From Treponemataceae bacterium (GTDB lineage Bacteria; Spirochaetota; Spirochaetia; Treponematales; Rectinemataceae): a DNA stretch of 64,000 bases. Below the pieces are notes generated by a model, which ran no database searches, was not told where the DNA came from, and saw only the letters and a list, made by a program, of their open reading frames with translations. The stretch is from the NCBI GenBank assembly GCA_963678065.2, contig CAXXVZ010000005.1:1200553-1264552 (forward strand), given 5' to 3'. Position numbers and translations under genes: made by a program. Numbering within the stretch: position 1 is the stretch's first letter; each line of letters opens with the position of its first letter. Positions 39,059 to 48,619 of this stretch are shown here, in pieces.

Positions 39059-40023
39059 TGGAGAAACGCGGCAACCCGGTCGGGCTGAGCACGAACGCGG
39101 ACATGATCGACGGCTCTCTGGAGCGATTTTCCGGGCAGCTCAAGGCGGTGGCCGATTCGGGGGCCGATTACGCGGAGATCATCCTCCACGCGCTCGACCT
39201 CGTCGTGAACGGCGCCCTCCACCCCGGGCGGCTCAAGAACGTGAAGCGGATCTGCGCCTCGTTTCCGCTCTCCTACACCATTCACCTGCCCTTTGCCCTC
39301 AATCTGCTCGATCCCGAACGGGGCGAGAGTCACCTTTCGGTATTCCGCGCGGGCCTCACCCTCGCCTCGGAACTCGGCTGCCCCGCCGTCGTGTACCACG
39401 CGAGTTCGGCGCTCCTGTCGCCCGGGCTCGTGGAGAGCTTCTACGCCCCGAGATACGGGACCGCTGAGCCTGAGCGCCTCGAAAAGCTCCTGTTTGCCGA
39501 GGATGCCGAGCTCCTCTCGGCGCTCGCGGAAGAAGCCGCGGCCCTGGGCGTGTCCATCGGGGTCGAGAACCCCCTGCGGTACGATCTCGCCCGGCTCGTG
39601 TGCTACGGCACGATGCCGGCCGGGCTCGCGGCCCAGGTGCGCGCCGTCGGAAAGAAGAACCTGGGAGTCACGCTGGACTTCGGCCACCTCTACCTCGGCT
39701 CGAAGCTTCTGGGCTTCGATTACCTGGACGCGGTGAAGACTCTCGCGCCGCTCGCCCTGCACGCCCACATCCACGACAACTTCGGGAAGCCCGACAAGGG
39801 CGAGGCATACATCCATCGCCTTCTCTACGGTCTCGGCGACCTCCACCTGCCGCCCGGAGAAGGCTCGATACCCCTCGACGCGGCTTTGGATATCCTCGCG
39901 GGTTCGGGCTACGCGGGGATATTGATGCTCGAAATAGAGTTCCGCTTCCACGAGGAGTTCGAAAGGCATGTGCGCAGGATGCGGGAAAGATATCCGGGCC
40001 GGCAACGGCAAAGCCGGGGCTGA
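39055..40023 (+). CDS. Sugar phosphate isomerase/epimerase (AP-endonuclease-2 TIM barrel)
   Basis: TIHLP, GVEN, LDFGH, HAHIHDN.G, DLHLPPG.G.I, LEI; ATGA overlap. Confidence 0.85.
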   Translation: MMEKRGNPVGLSTNADMIDGSLERFSGQLKAVADSGADYAEIILHALDLVVNGALHPGRLKNVKRICASFPLSYTIHLPFALNLLDPERGESHLSVFRAGLTLASELGCPAVVYHASSALLSPGLVESFYAPRYGTAEPERLEKLLFAEDAELLSALAEEAAALGVSIGVENPLRYDLARLVCYGTMPAGLAAQVRAVGKKNLGVTLDFGHLYLGSKLLGFDYLDAVKTLAPLALHAHIHDNFGKPDKGEAYIHRLLYGLGDLHLPPGEGSIPLDAALDILAGSGYAGILMLEIEFRFHEEFERHVRRMRERYPGRQRQSRG

Positions 40024-40170
40024 AGGTTCCGGCTGCCTGTACGTCGTTGACGCCACGGGATGTGTGGAGTAGCATCTTTTCATCAGAGGCTTCGTCCATT
40101 CCGGCCCGGACGGCGTGGACGATCGCGGCGCATCGACTGTCGGATTCCCGTTCCGGGAAAGGATACGCAC

Positions 40171-41055
40171 ATGAACCTGCTCGCGATCGGAGCGCTGCTG
40201 ATCGGCAGTCTGGCCTGTGTCGTCGAAGCTCCCGCGCTTCAGAATCCTCAGGTTCCCGACGGGCAAGACCAGACAGTCCGTGTCGGCGATATCGGTGTCG
40301 GCTATCGGGTTTACGGAAATGGCTATCCCCTCGTCATGATCATGGGCTACGGAAGTACGATGCAGCTCTGGGAGCCGGCTCTGATCCGTACGCTCTCATC
40401 CCGTTACAAAGTCATCGTTTTCGATAACAGGGGCATGGGAAACACCGAATCGGGACAGAAGGAATTTACCATCGGACAGTTCGCGGACGATACCGCCGGC
40501 CTCATGGAAGCGCTGGGCATAGCGCAGGCCCATGTGCTCGGATGGTCCATGGGCTCGCTGATCGCGCAGGAACTCGTCCTGCGGCATCCGGAAAAGGTGA
40601 ACCGCCTGGTCCTGTACGCGGCCCACTGCGACGCGGCGATGTTCCCGCCTGCGCCCGAGATTCTGCAGAAAATGACAGACAGCTCCGGCACTCCCGAAGA
40701 ACAGGGCATGCGGTATATCAGTGTACTCTTTCCCGCGCAGTGGCTCCGGAGCAACGGGCAGCGGATCCGCGAAGTGTTTTACAGGCCGATGGGAAACATC
40801 TCCGGAGAGAGCGTGGGCAGGCAGGGCATGGCGATCGGCGAATGGAAGGGTTCGACAGACCGCCTGGGCGCGATAGGCGTGCCCGTACTCCTTCTTGCCG
40901 GCGCGGAAGACCAGCTGGTCCCTGTGCGCAACTCGCAGTTCATGTCCGGAAAAATCCCCGGAGCGAAATTGACCCTCGTCGAAAACGGCGGCCACGGCCT
41001 CATGTTCCAGTATCCGGACTTGTTCTGCGAAAAGGTCTTCGGTTTTCTCGAGTGA
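40171..41055 (+). CDS. Alpha/beta fold hydrolase, possibly exported
   Basis: FDNRGMG, GWSMG nucleophile elbow, GAEDQLVP, GGH. Confidence 0.9.
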   Translation: MNLLAIGALLIGSLACVVEAPALQNPQVPDGQDQTVRVGDIGVGYRVYGNGYPLVMIMGYGSTMQLWEPALIRTLSSRYKVIVFDNRGMGNTESGQKEFTIGQFADDTAGLMEALGIAQAHVLGWSMGSLIAQELVLRHPEKVNRLVLYAAHCDAAMFPPAPEILQKMTDSSGTPEEQGMRYISVLFPAQWLRSNGQRIREVFYRPMGNISGESVGRQGMAIGEWKGSTDRLGAIGVPVLLLAGAEDQLVPVRNSQFMSGKIPGAKLTLVENGGHGLMFQYPDLFCEKVFGFLE

Positions 41056-41136
41056 TGCTGGAGACGCCGGAAAAGCGCCTGAGAAGCGACCTCTATCCTC
41101 CCCGTGCGGGAGCGAAGCAGTCACCGCCGGCAACAG

Positions 41137-42921
41137 TCATCCCCGGCTACCGGTCTTCCGGGCAGCGAGAACGCCGAAGCCGGCGGTCCACAGAACGGAG
41201 ACGGCTGCGCCGCCGGCCAGGGCAGGCAGTATGGGCAAACCTCCGCGGTCAGGCCCGAGGTAAATGGCCATAACCCACCAGGTCGGGAAGATGCCCGCGA
41301 GGAGGCCCCATGGATCCGCGACGAAGGCGGGCAAAAGGGGCGCGAGGAGGACGAATCCGGCCAGCTTGGATATGGTCAGCCCTTCGACCTTGTTCCTGGC
41401 GAAGGCGAGGATCATCAGGGCGATCGGAGCGACGCAGAGGCTGGCCTGGAGGGCAGCCGCCGCGAGGACTGGCATTGACGGAGAAGGCAGTCCGAGGAGG
41501 GGAAAGGCGGCGAGACCGGTGGTAAATGCGAGTACGGAGGCTGCCAGAAGCCGGGCGGCGGCGTGGCGAAGCGCGCCGCGGGTCGTTGTCCCCATGGATT
41601 CGAGGATGCCCTCCTCGTACTCGTCGAGAAAGAGAAATCCCGCGAGAAATCCGGACATGGACGCGCCGATGAGGAGGAAGAATCCTCCGAGGAATGGCGA
41701 GTAGGGTGCGAGGTCGATCACAGGCCGGAGCAGGCGCACGGCGAAGGGGAAGATGAAACGGAGGCCGACTGCCGCCAGGAAGGGAACGAATGGGATGATG
41801 GCGAGCATCCGGTCCCGAAGGATGATGCGGAGGTCCGCCGCGGGGATCGAGAGGATGGCGGGAATCCGAGGCAGGCGCCGTTTTGCCGGTTTGTACACGA
41901 CCTGGTCCGATATCGCGCCTATCAGCGTGAGCGCATCCGTTTTCGCGGCTGCCGCCGATCCCGTTGTCGCTTCTGGAACCGCTGCACGGGCTTCCGATCG
42001 CCGCGCGAACGGTCGCCGCGCGGACTTCCGCAGGGAGGCATCCTCTCCTCCGTCGATCCGGATGCGCCAGGCTCGGGCGGCAGCGAATGCGGCGGCCATC
42101 GTCCAGGCAATCAGAACGAAGAGCCAACTCATAGTCTGCAGGATCTCTGAGCCAGAACCTTGCGCGGTGCGGCCGGGACCTTGGCCGAGGCCTCGGCCAA
42201 GGCCGAAGTCGATGAGCGAGATCACTGCGTGCGATGGAAGGACCTGCCAGACCGCCCAATCGCGAATGATTCCGAAGCGCGCGAGGAGAGGCGGGATGAA
42301 GGGCAGAAGCCAGAGCTCCGATGCGATGATGTAGTCTGTGATCGTGCGGAAGCGGGTCGCGGGGAGGATGCCCACGAGGGTGAAAAAGGCGGCCCCGATG
42401 CTGACGCCCGAACCGAGCCCGATCGCGAGACGGACCGGATCGACGGGGATTCCCCTGCCTGCGAGCGCCAAAACGACGATGAGGGTAGAGGAAGCCAGCG
42501 CGAGCGCCGCGAAGGAAAGGACCCGGCCCGTCAGGTGCTCGCGGTATCCCGCGGGCGAGACGGACAAGGCATCCAGCGTGCCATCGTCGCGTTCCAGGTA
42601 GGCAAAACCGCCCACGAAATAGAAACCGAGGGCGCAGGGATCGGCAAAGAGAATGAAGGTCAGGATGTCGGGCACCATCCTGGCCGGGACGAGGAAGAGG
42701 ACGGCGAGGTAGATGGCGCAGATGATTGCGTAGACCGTCCAGAATCCACTCCGTCTCTGGATGCGCAGGTCCTTGAGGAAACAGCGAAGTACCAGGCCCG
42801 CGCTTCCGGCCGTCGATCCGGCACTCCGCCCGGTAGGGGCCCGCCGGAGGGAAGCTCGCCAGACAGGGGGAGCGCCGGTGTAGCCGACCATGTCTCCGCG
42901 GCGTTTTGCGGTCCGGTTCAT
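41137..42921 (-). CDS. ABC-2 exporter permease; fusion of two fluoroquinolone-export-type permease domains
   Basis: Half 1 DP.ALGFYFVGG...LERD.GTL.AL.VSP; half 2 DLR.I.RD.ML, LDE.EEG, A.NKVEGL...K. Confidence 0.8.
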   Translation of the reverse strand: MNRTAKRRGDMVGYTGAPPVWRASLRRAPTGRSAGSTAGSAGLVLRCFLKDLRIQRRSGFWTVYAIICAIYLAVLFLVPARMVPDILTFILFADPCALGFYFVGGFAYLERDDGTLDALSVSPAGYREHLTGRVLSFAALALASSTLIVVLALAGRGIPVDPVRLAIGLGSGVSIGAAFFTLVGILPATRFRTITDYIIASELWLLPFIPPLLARFGIIRDWAVWQVLPSHAVISLIDFGLGRGLGQGPGRTAQGSGSEILQTMSWLFVLIAWTMAAAFAAARAWRIRIDGGEDASLRKSARRPFARRSEARAAVPEATTGSAAAAKTDALTLIGAISDQVVYKPAKRRLPRIPAILSIPAADLRIILRDRMLAIIPFVPFLAAVGLRFIFPFAVRLLRPVIDLAPYSPFLGGFFLLIGASMSGFLAGFLFLDEYEEGILESMGTTTRGALRHAAARLLAASVLAFTTGLAAFPLLGLPSPSMPVLAAAALQASLCVAPIALMILAFARNKVEGLTISKLAGFVLLAPLLPAFVADPWGLLAGIFPTWWVMAIYLGPDRGGLPILPALAGGAAVSVLWTAGFGVLAARKTGSRG

Positions 42922-43799
42922 GAGGCGCTCCCCGTGCTATCCGCCGCGAGACTCCTGCCCGTCACCCTGATGAAAATCTCGTCGAGGCTCGCCTCTTCGG
43001 TGTGGAGGGTTTCGACCCTGCCCGAGCGGAGGAAGGCGCTACACTCCGTATCGTCGGCGATCCCGTCGAGTCCGAATCGCGCCGTGGCGAGGATTCCGTC
43101 CGGCCTGCGCACGCCGGCCACGAGGGATCTCCGGCCGTACCTGACCATGAGGTCGCGGGGAGAGTCGATGAGCCTGATGCCGCCATCGACGATGAAGGCG
43201 GTCCTGTCGCAGATATCGGCTGCAAGGCTCATGTTGTGTGTCGCGAGGAAGACGGTCTTTCCTTCCGCCTTCCGGGCGACGATGAGGTCCCGCACGAGTC
43301 GGGCGCTCGTCGGATCTTGCCCCGAGGTGGGTTCGTCGAGGAAGAGGAGATCGGGGTCGTGGACGAAGGCCCGGCAGACGTTCAGCCGGATTTTCATGCC
43401 CTTCGAGAAGTCCGATACCCGCTTGTGGCCGGCATCCCCGAGCCCCACCGATTCGAGCAGCTCCTCCGGAGATGGCCCCCGCTTCCGATACAGCGAGGCG
43501 AAGAAACGCAGGTTCTCGAGCGCCGTCAGCTTGCCGTACAGGTTCGGCATTTCGAAGGAGACACCTATCCGCTCGTAGTAATCCCGCCGCATCGACGAGA
43601 GATCGCGGCCGAAGACGGTAACACGGCCCTCCCAGCCCTTGATGAGACCAATGAGTATTTTCTGCGTCGTAGACTTGCCCGCGCCCGAGGGGCCGAGGAA
43701 ACCGAAAATTTCTCCGGGTTTCACCTCGCAGGAGAGGTTCCGGACCGCCGGCTCGCTGGCGCCCGGGTAGCGGTAGCTCAGGTTTTCCATCGAGATCAT
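42918..43799 (-). CDS. ABC-2 type ATP-binding protein
   Basis: GPSGAGKST, GVSFE.PNLY.KLTALENL, FSKGMK.RL, FLDEPTSG, THNM. Confidence 0.93.
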   Translation of the reverse strand: MISMENLSYRYPGASEPAVRNLSCEVKPGEIFGFLGPSGAGKSTTQKILIGLIKGWEGRVTVFGRDLSSMRRDYYERIGVSFEMPNLYGKLTALENLRFFASLYRKRGPSPEELLESVGLGDAGHKRVSDFSKGMKIRLNVCRAFVHDPDLLFLDEPTSGQDPTSARLVRDLIVARKAEGKTVFLATHNMSLAADICDRTAFIVDGGIRLIDSPRDLMVRYGRRSLVAGVRRPDGILATARFGLDGIADDTECSAFLRSGRVETLHTEEASLDEIFIRVTGRSLAADSTGSAS

Positions 43800-44419
43800 G
43801 GACGATTCTCCTTCCCGCTTGTCCGGAATACGGCTGCGCAGACTGCCCGGACGAGTTCACGGATCACCTCGCGGTGCACATCCCGCCCTATCTCATCGGG
43901 GGCAGCCATGGCGAGGAATACCGACTTGAACATCCCCGCGGCTACGGCCGGGGCCACCGCTGCCTCGAGCCCCTTGCCTGCCAGCAATCCGGAAATTTCA
44001 GCCATGAACCCGGCATCTCCGGACACGAGCCGTCCCTTCTCGTCGCCCGGAAGAGCGCGAAATATCGAATTGATGTTCGGATCCGCGAGAACGGCGGCGA
44101 GCAGCGGATCGCTTCCCGCGCGGACGAGGGCGGCAAGCACGATTTCCGCCACGGCATCCGGCGTCGGCGATTCGAGGGCATTTATTTCGCGGAACATGTG
44201 GTCGCGTGCGGCCTCTTCGATTTCGTCGAGGAGGGACATGAGCAGGGCCTCTTTGGAGGAGTAGAACGAATAGAACGACCCTTTCGCAATCCCTGCGGCC
44301 TTGGTTATATCCGCGACCGTCGTCGACCTGATGCCTCGCTCGGCGAACAGTCGGACGGCCGAGGATTTCAGCTTCATCAGTATTCGGATCCGGTCTTCGG
44401 GAGAAAAATGTTCTGGCAT
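43796..44419 (-). CDS. TetR/AcrR family regulator
   Basis: LFAERG...TTVADITKAAGIAKGSFYSFYSSKE. Confidence 0.93.
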   Translation of the reverse strand: MPEHFSPEDRIRILMKLKSSAVRLFAERGIRSTTVADITKAAGIAKGSFYSFYSSKEALLMSLLDEIEEAARDHMFREINALESPTPDAVAEIVLAALVRAGSDPLLAAVLADPNINSIFRALPGDEKGRLVSGDAGFMAEISGLLAGKGLEAAVAPAVAAGMFKSVFLAMAAPDEIGRDVHREVIRELVRAVCAAVFRTSGKENRP

Positions 44420-44425
44420 GGGACG

Positions 44426-44488
44426 AGGATAGCGCAGAGGGTGGCGCGAGTCAATGACCGTATGACTAAGATGGTCATACGGTCATTG
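44426..44488 (-). promoter_or_regulatory. Promoter and perfect 15-bp inverted-repeat operator for the tetR-ABC operon
   Basis: CAATGACCGTATGAC-N7-GTCATACGGTCATTG (44452-44488) overlaps the -35; minus TTGACT-N17-TATCCT-N6-ATG. Confidence 0.8.
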
Positions 44489-44648
44489 CTGGTCCACCAG
44501 TTGCACACGGATTATCTTGGGGATGGAGAAGCACCTGCCTCGCCCTATGACCGGTCCTGCAGGACCGGCCCCGCTCGTCGACCCGGGGCCGGGTCACCAG
44601 ATCAGCCCGGCTCCCGGGTGATTGCGTCGTCGTCCATGGAGGCTTCGT

Positions 44649-46598
44649 TCAGACCAGCTTGAAGAGTTTTTTCAGCGTCTCCAGATTGCGGGAGTTGACC
44701 GTCTTCATGCCCTCGGATGTGTAGCTGTAGTCGATGAGGTCGCGGTAGACGGTGGAGACGCGGTGGCGAACGATCTTCATCGTCGAGTTGACCGTGCCGT
44801 CCTTCTCGCCGAAGGATTGCGGCACGATCTGGAAGGCGGCGGGCACCCAGGCGTTCTGGACCTTCTTGCCCTTGTCGTCGGCGCGGAAGCGGTAGAACTC
44901 GTCCTTGAGCGCTTCGAGGAGAACGGCCGCGTCGGCGATGCCCCGAGCCTTCACGAGCTTCTCCACCTTGGCCGTATCGAGGGTGACGAGGGCGCAGCTG
45001 TACTTCTTGTGGTCGCACCAGACCATGATCTGGTCGATGTACTCCGTCGAGTTGGTGACTGCCTCCTCGATCTCCTCGGGGCTGTATTTCTCGGCGTCCT
45101 CCGAGATGAGAAGGGCCTTCTCGCGGCCCACGACGACGAGGAAGCCGTCTTTGTCCATGTAGGCGAGGTCTCCCGTGTAGAGCCAGCCGTCGCGCAGGGC
45201 CTGGGACGTGGCCTCGGGGTTCTTGTAGTAGCCTTTCATCACGTTCCCGCCGCGGATGGTGACTTCGCCGGTCTCACCGAGCGGCGCCTCGGTCCCGTCG
45301 GCGCGTACGATGCGGCATTCCATCGACTTCCCGAGGATGCCTGAAGTTCCGAATTTGTGTTTTTTCGGCACGTTGGACGAAATGATAGGCGCCGCCTCGG
45401 TGAGCCCGTAGCCCTGGTAGACGGGCACGCCGAGGGCCGCGAAGAACTCCTGCTGCTTCACGTCGAGGAGGGCGCCGCCGCCGACACAGAAGCGGATCGA
45501 CTCGCCGAAGACCATCCTCGCGAGCTTTTTGAAGATGAGGATGCGCGCGAAGTGGTAGGGGAAGAAGGCTTTCGCGCGGGCCGCGGACGAGGGCTTGTCG
45601 TAGCCGTTGCCGTTCCGCGCGATGCCCGCCGTTATGCCGGCTTTGAAGATCTTCTCGATCGCCCCACCCTTGTCTTCGATCCCCGAGATGATCTTTTTCA
45701 TGAAGTTGCCGGAAAGCGCCGGCACCGTGAAGACGAAGATCGGATTCGCCTCGCGCATGTTGACCGGGATGTTGCGCAAAGTCGCGATGCCGCCGCCGCG
45801 CGAATCGACGAAGTAGAGCGAGATGCCGCAGATGAGGGCCGTATAGAGCCCGACAGTGTGGGCGAAGGAGTGGTCCACAGGCAGAATGAGGAGGGTGCGG
45901 AAGTGCACGGGGTTGTCGAAGAGGTCCACGGCGTCGTGACAGTTCGTCCAGTAGTTGAGGTGGGTGAGCATGATGCCCTTCGGGTTGCCCGTCGTGCCCG
46001 AGGTGTAGCAGATCGTCACCGTGTCGTCCTCTTCCGCCTCGACCGCGATCCTGTCCAGCTCGGCGCCCAGCTTCCCTCCGGGGGCCGCGAGGAGGACGCG
46101 ACCCTCTTCCCTCGCCTGGACGAAGCCCGTGACTCTCTCCGTATCGATGCCGTACTTGGAGGCGGTCGTCTGCGCCCACTCGAGGTCTTCGTCGAGATAG
46201 ACGATGCCGATGGACTTGTTGTCGACATCTTTGAAGGAGCCGAGGACTTTCTCGAGCTGGTTGTGGGTGGTCAGCACCGCCTTTGATCCGGAGTGATTGA
46301 GGCGGAAGGGGATCTCCTCCCCGAGAAGCTTGATGGAGAGCGGGACCGAGACACAGCCCGCGCAGACGAGGCCGAACTCCCCGATGATCCACTCGGGGCT
46401 GCCCTCGCCGATGATGGCGAAGTTGTCGCCCTTTTTGTATCCGCGGGAGAGCACCCAGGTGGCGAACTCCCTGACCTGGACGCGCGCCTGTGCGAAAGTG
46501 ACAGCCCGGTAGCCCGAATCCGTCTTGCGCAGAGCGTAGGGATCATTGGCCCAGTTTTTGGCCGCTTCGTCGAGCATTCTGATGACTGTCCGCTTCAT
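44649..46598 (-). CDS. Long-chain fatty acid--CoA ligase (FadD/ACSL-like)
   Basis: YTSGTTGNPKG, LP.DH.F, GGGA.L, QGYGLTE, G.NVMKGYYKNPEAT, TGDL, GREK. Confidence 0.9.
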   Translation of the reverse strand: MKRTVIRMLDEAAKNWANDPYALRKTDSGYRAVTFAQARVQVREFATWVLSRGYKKGDNFAIIGEGSPEWIIGEFGLVCAGCVSVPLSIKLLGEEIPFRLNHSGSKAVLTTHNQLEKVLGSFKDVDNKSIGIVYLDEDLEWAQTTASKYGIDTERVTGFVQAREEGRVLLAAPGGKLGAELDRIAVEAEEDDTVTICYTSGTTGNPKGIMLTHLNYWTNCHDAVDLFDNPVHFRTLLILPVDHSFAHTVGLYTALICGISLYFVDSRGGGIATLRNIPVNMREANPIFVFTVPALSGNFMKKIISGIEDKGGAIEKIFKAGITAGIARNGNGYDKPSSAARAKAFFPYHFARILIFKKLARMVFGESIRFCVGGGALLDVKQQEFFAALGVPVYQGYGLTEAAPIISSNVPKKHKFGTSGILGKSMECRIVRADGTEAPLGETGEVTIRGGNVMKGYYKNPEATSQALRDGWLYTGDLAYMDKDGFLVVVGREKALLISEDAEKYSPEEIEEAVTNSTEYIDQIMVWCDHKKYSCALVTLDTAKVEKLVKARGIADAAVLLEALKDEFYRFRADDKGKKVQNAWVPAAFQIVPQSFGEKDGTVNSTMKIVRHRVSTVYRDLIDYSYTSEGMKTVNSRNLETLKKLFKLV

Positions 46599-46788
46599 GA
46601 AAAGCTCCTCGTCGCGGCGGCGCACTGTGCTCCCGCCGGGGTTGTGGTTTTGGAATGCGGTGTAAAGATATCATGCCCGATAGTCCCGGTAAAGACCGAC
46701 GGACCGACGGAACTGTCGGACATGCCGCGCTCTTCGCCATTCCACACCATGTTGCCTCAACCAGAAAGCAAACCGAAGGAAGGCGCAC

Positions 46789-46817
46789 TTGCGCGGCGGC
46801 GGGAAGGAAAGCATACT
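46789..46817 (+). promoter_or_regulatory. Candidate sigma-70 promoter of the eut operon
   Basis: TTGCGC-N17-CATACT, 36 nt before the eutN ATG (SD GAGGTG). Confidence 0.45.
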
Positions 46818-46853
46818 CTATTCCTAGCCATTCGAAGCATTCCCGAGGTGCCT

Positions 46854-47144
46854 ATGCGTATTGCCTTCGTGATCGGAACCGTGGTCGCCACCATGAAAGA
46901 CGAGAAGCTCCGCGGGAGAAAACTCCTTCTCGCGAGGGAAACCGACCTCTCGGGCGCCGCCAAGGGCGATCCCTTCGTCGCCGTCGACACCGTGGACTCG
47001 GGCCCGGGCGACCTCGTCGTGGTCACGGAAGGCAGCTCGGCCCGCCAGACCGCGTTCACAGAGGGCCTCCCCGTGGACGCCGTCATCGTGGCCGTGATCG
47101 ACTCCCTCGAGACCGGAGGCAAGGTCACCTTCCGCAAAAGTTAG
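46854..47144 (+). CDS. eutN: BMC vertex pentamer protein (EutN/CcmL)
   Basis: M..A.V.GTVVAT.K...L.G.KLL, VAVD.V..G.GD.V....GSSAR, PVDA.IVA.ID. Confidence 0.95.
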   Translation: MRIAFVIGTVVATMKDEKLRGRKLLLARETDLSGAAKGDPFVAVDTVDSGPGDLVVVTEGSSARQTAFTEGLPVDAVIVAVIDSLETGGKVTFRKS

Positions 47145-47150
47145 GTCGAG

Positions 47151-48605
47151 ATGGACAGCGTTCGCTGCATGATCAGCGTCGGCATCGATGTCGGCACCAC
47201 GACAACCCAGATCGTCTTCAGCGAGCTCAGCCTCGTCGAGATCGCCCGCGCCGGCCAGATCCCCCGCGTCGATATCGCACAGCGCGCAGTCCTCTATGAA
47301 AGCGATATCGTCTTTACACCCCTCCTCGACGCAGAGACTATCGACGCCGAAAGTCTCGCCGCCATCCTCCGCTCCGAATACGGGAAGGCGGGGATCTCCC
47401 CCTCCCAGGTCGAGACCGGAGTCGCCATCATCACCGGCGAGACAGCGCGGAAGAAAAACGCCGACAAGGTCCTCTCCGCGATAGCCGGCCTCGCGGGCGA
47501 CTTCGTCGTCACGGTGGCCGGGCCCAATGTCGAGGGCATGATAGCGGGTCGCGGTTCCGGGGCCGCCGCCTACTCGCGCCAGCACTTCACGACGGTGGCC
47601 AATCTGGACATCGGCGGGGGCAGCGCGAACGGAGCGATCTTCCGCCTGGGCGAACTCGGCGCCTCTGCGGCCATGAATTTCGGCGGGAGGATCGTCGAGC
47701 TCGATGGCTCCGTCGTCCGCTCCGTCACCCGCGCTGGGGAAGCGATCCTCGCCTCCGCGGGCCTTTGCCTCTCTCCCGGCGACCGCCCGTCGCTCGGAGA
47801 CCTGAAAAAGGCCACCGACGCGATGGCCGCCCTCGCCCTCCTTCTCGTGGAAGGCGGAACCTCCCCCCTCGCGCAGCGGCTCTACCAGACCCCACCGCTT
47901 CCCCTCGATCCCCGACCCAGGAACCTGATGTTCTCGGGCGGCATCGGCTATTACTTCTACGAGCCCATACCCCTGAGAAGCGTGGAGGATGTCGCCCGCC
48001 ACGACGATCTGGGCCCTCTCCTCGCCGAGAGCCTCAGAGCCGAGCCGGGATTCAAGCGCTATACGGTACTGAAACCGAAGGAGACGAGGAGGGCCACGGT
48101 GCTCGGCGCGAGCGCCCAGACACTCACCCTTTCCGGCTCCACGATCTGGGCCGATCCCTCCATACTGCCGCTGAAGAACGTTCCTGTCGTGCGCCCCTCG
48201 GGGAAGGCGGGCGCCCGCTCGCATGGCGAAGGCGGGGGGTCGGACGTCGATGCCGCCGCGATCGTGGAAGCCCTCGGGCGCTGGGATCTCGACCCGGCGA
48301 CCGACCGCTTCGCGATCGCCCTCGAGATCGAGAGCGGAATCGACTACGCGGACCTCGCCCGCGCAGCCGCCCATCTCGCCGAGTTCGCGCACGGCCTTCC
48401 CGCCGGCAAGCCTGTCATCGTGATCACGAAGCGCGACTACGCCCAGTCCCTCGGGCAGACCATGAAGAGCATCGATGGGGAGAGACCGCTTCTCATCATC
48501 GACCAGGTCGGACTCGAGGAGGGCGACTACATCGACATAGGTTCTCCCCTCATGGACGGGCGGGTTCTTCCCCTGGTCGTGAAGACCCTCATCTTCTATC
48601 ATTGA
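47151..48605 (+). CDS. eutA: Ethanolamine ammonia-lyase reactivating factor
   Basis: SVGIDVGTTTTQ, IITGETARK.NA, AGDFVV..AGP..E..IAGRGSGA, DIGGG, RATV.GA, GDYIDIG.P, P.VVKTLIF. Confidence 0.95.
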   Translation: MDSVRCMISVGIDVGTTTTQIVFSELSLVEIARAGQIPRVDIAQRAVLYESDIVFTPLLDAETIDAESLAAILRSEYGKAGISPSQVETGVAIITGETARKKNADKVLSAIAGLAGDFVVTVAGPNVEGMIAGRGSGAAAYSRQHFTTVANLDIGGGSANGAIFRLGELGASAAMNFGGRIVELDGSVVRSVTRAGEAILASAGLCLSPGDRPSLGDLKKATDAMAALALLLVEGGTSPLAQRLYQTPPLPLDPRPRNLMFSGGIGYYFYEPIPLRSVEDVARHDDLGPLLAESLRAEPGFKRYTVLKPKETRRATVLGASAQTLTLSGSTIWADPSILPLKNVPVVRPSGKAGARSHGEGGGSDVDAAAIVEALGRWDLDPATDRFAIALEIESGIDYADLARAAAHLAEFAHGLPAGKPVIVITKRDYAQSLGQTMKSIDGERPLLIIDQVGLEEGDYIDIGSPLMDGRVLPLVVKTLIFYH

Positions 48606-48619
48606 GGCGGACAGACGAC

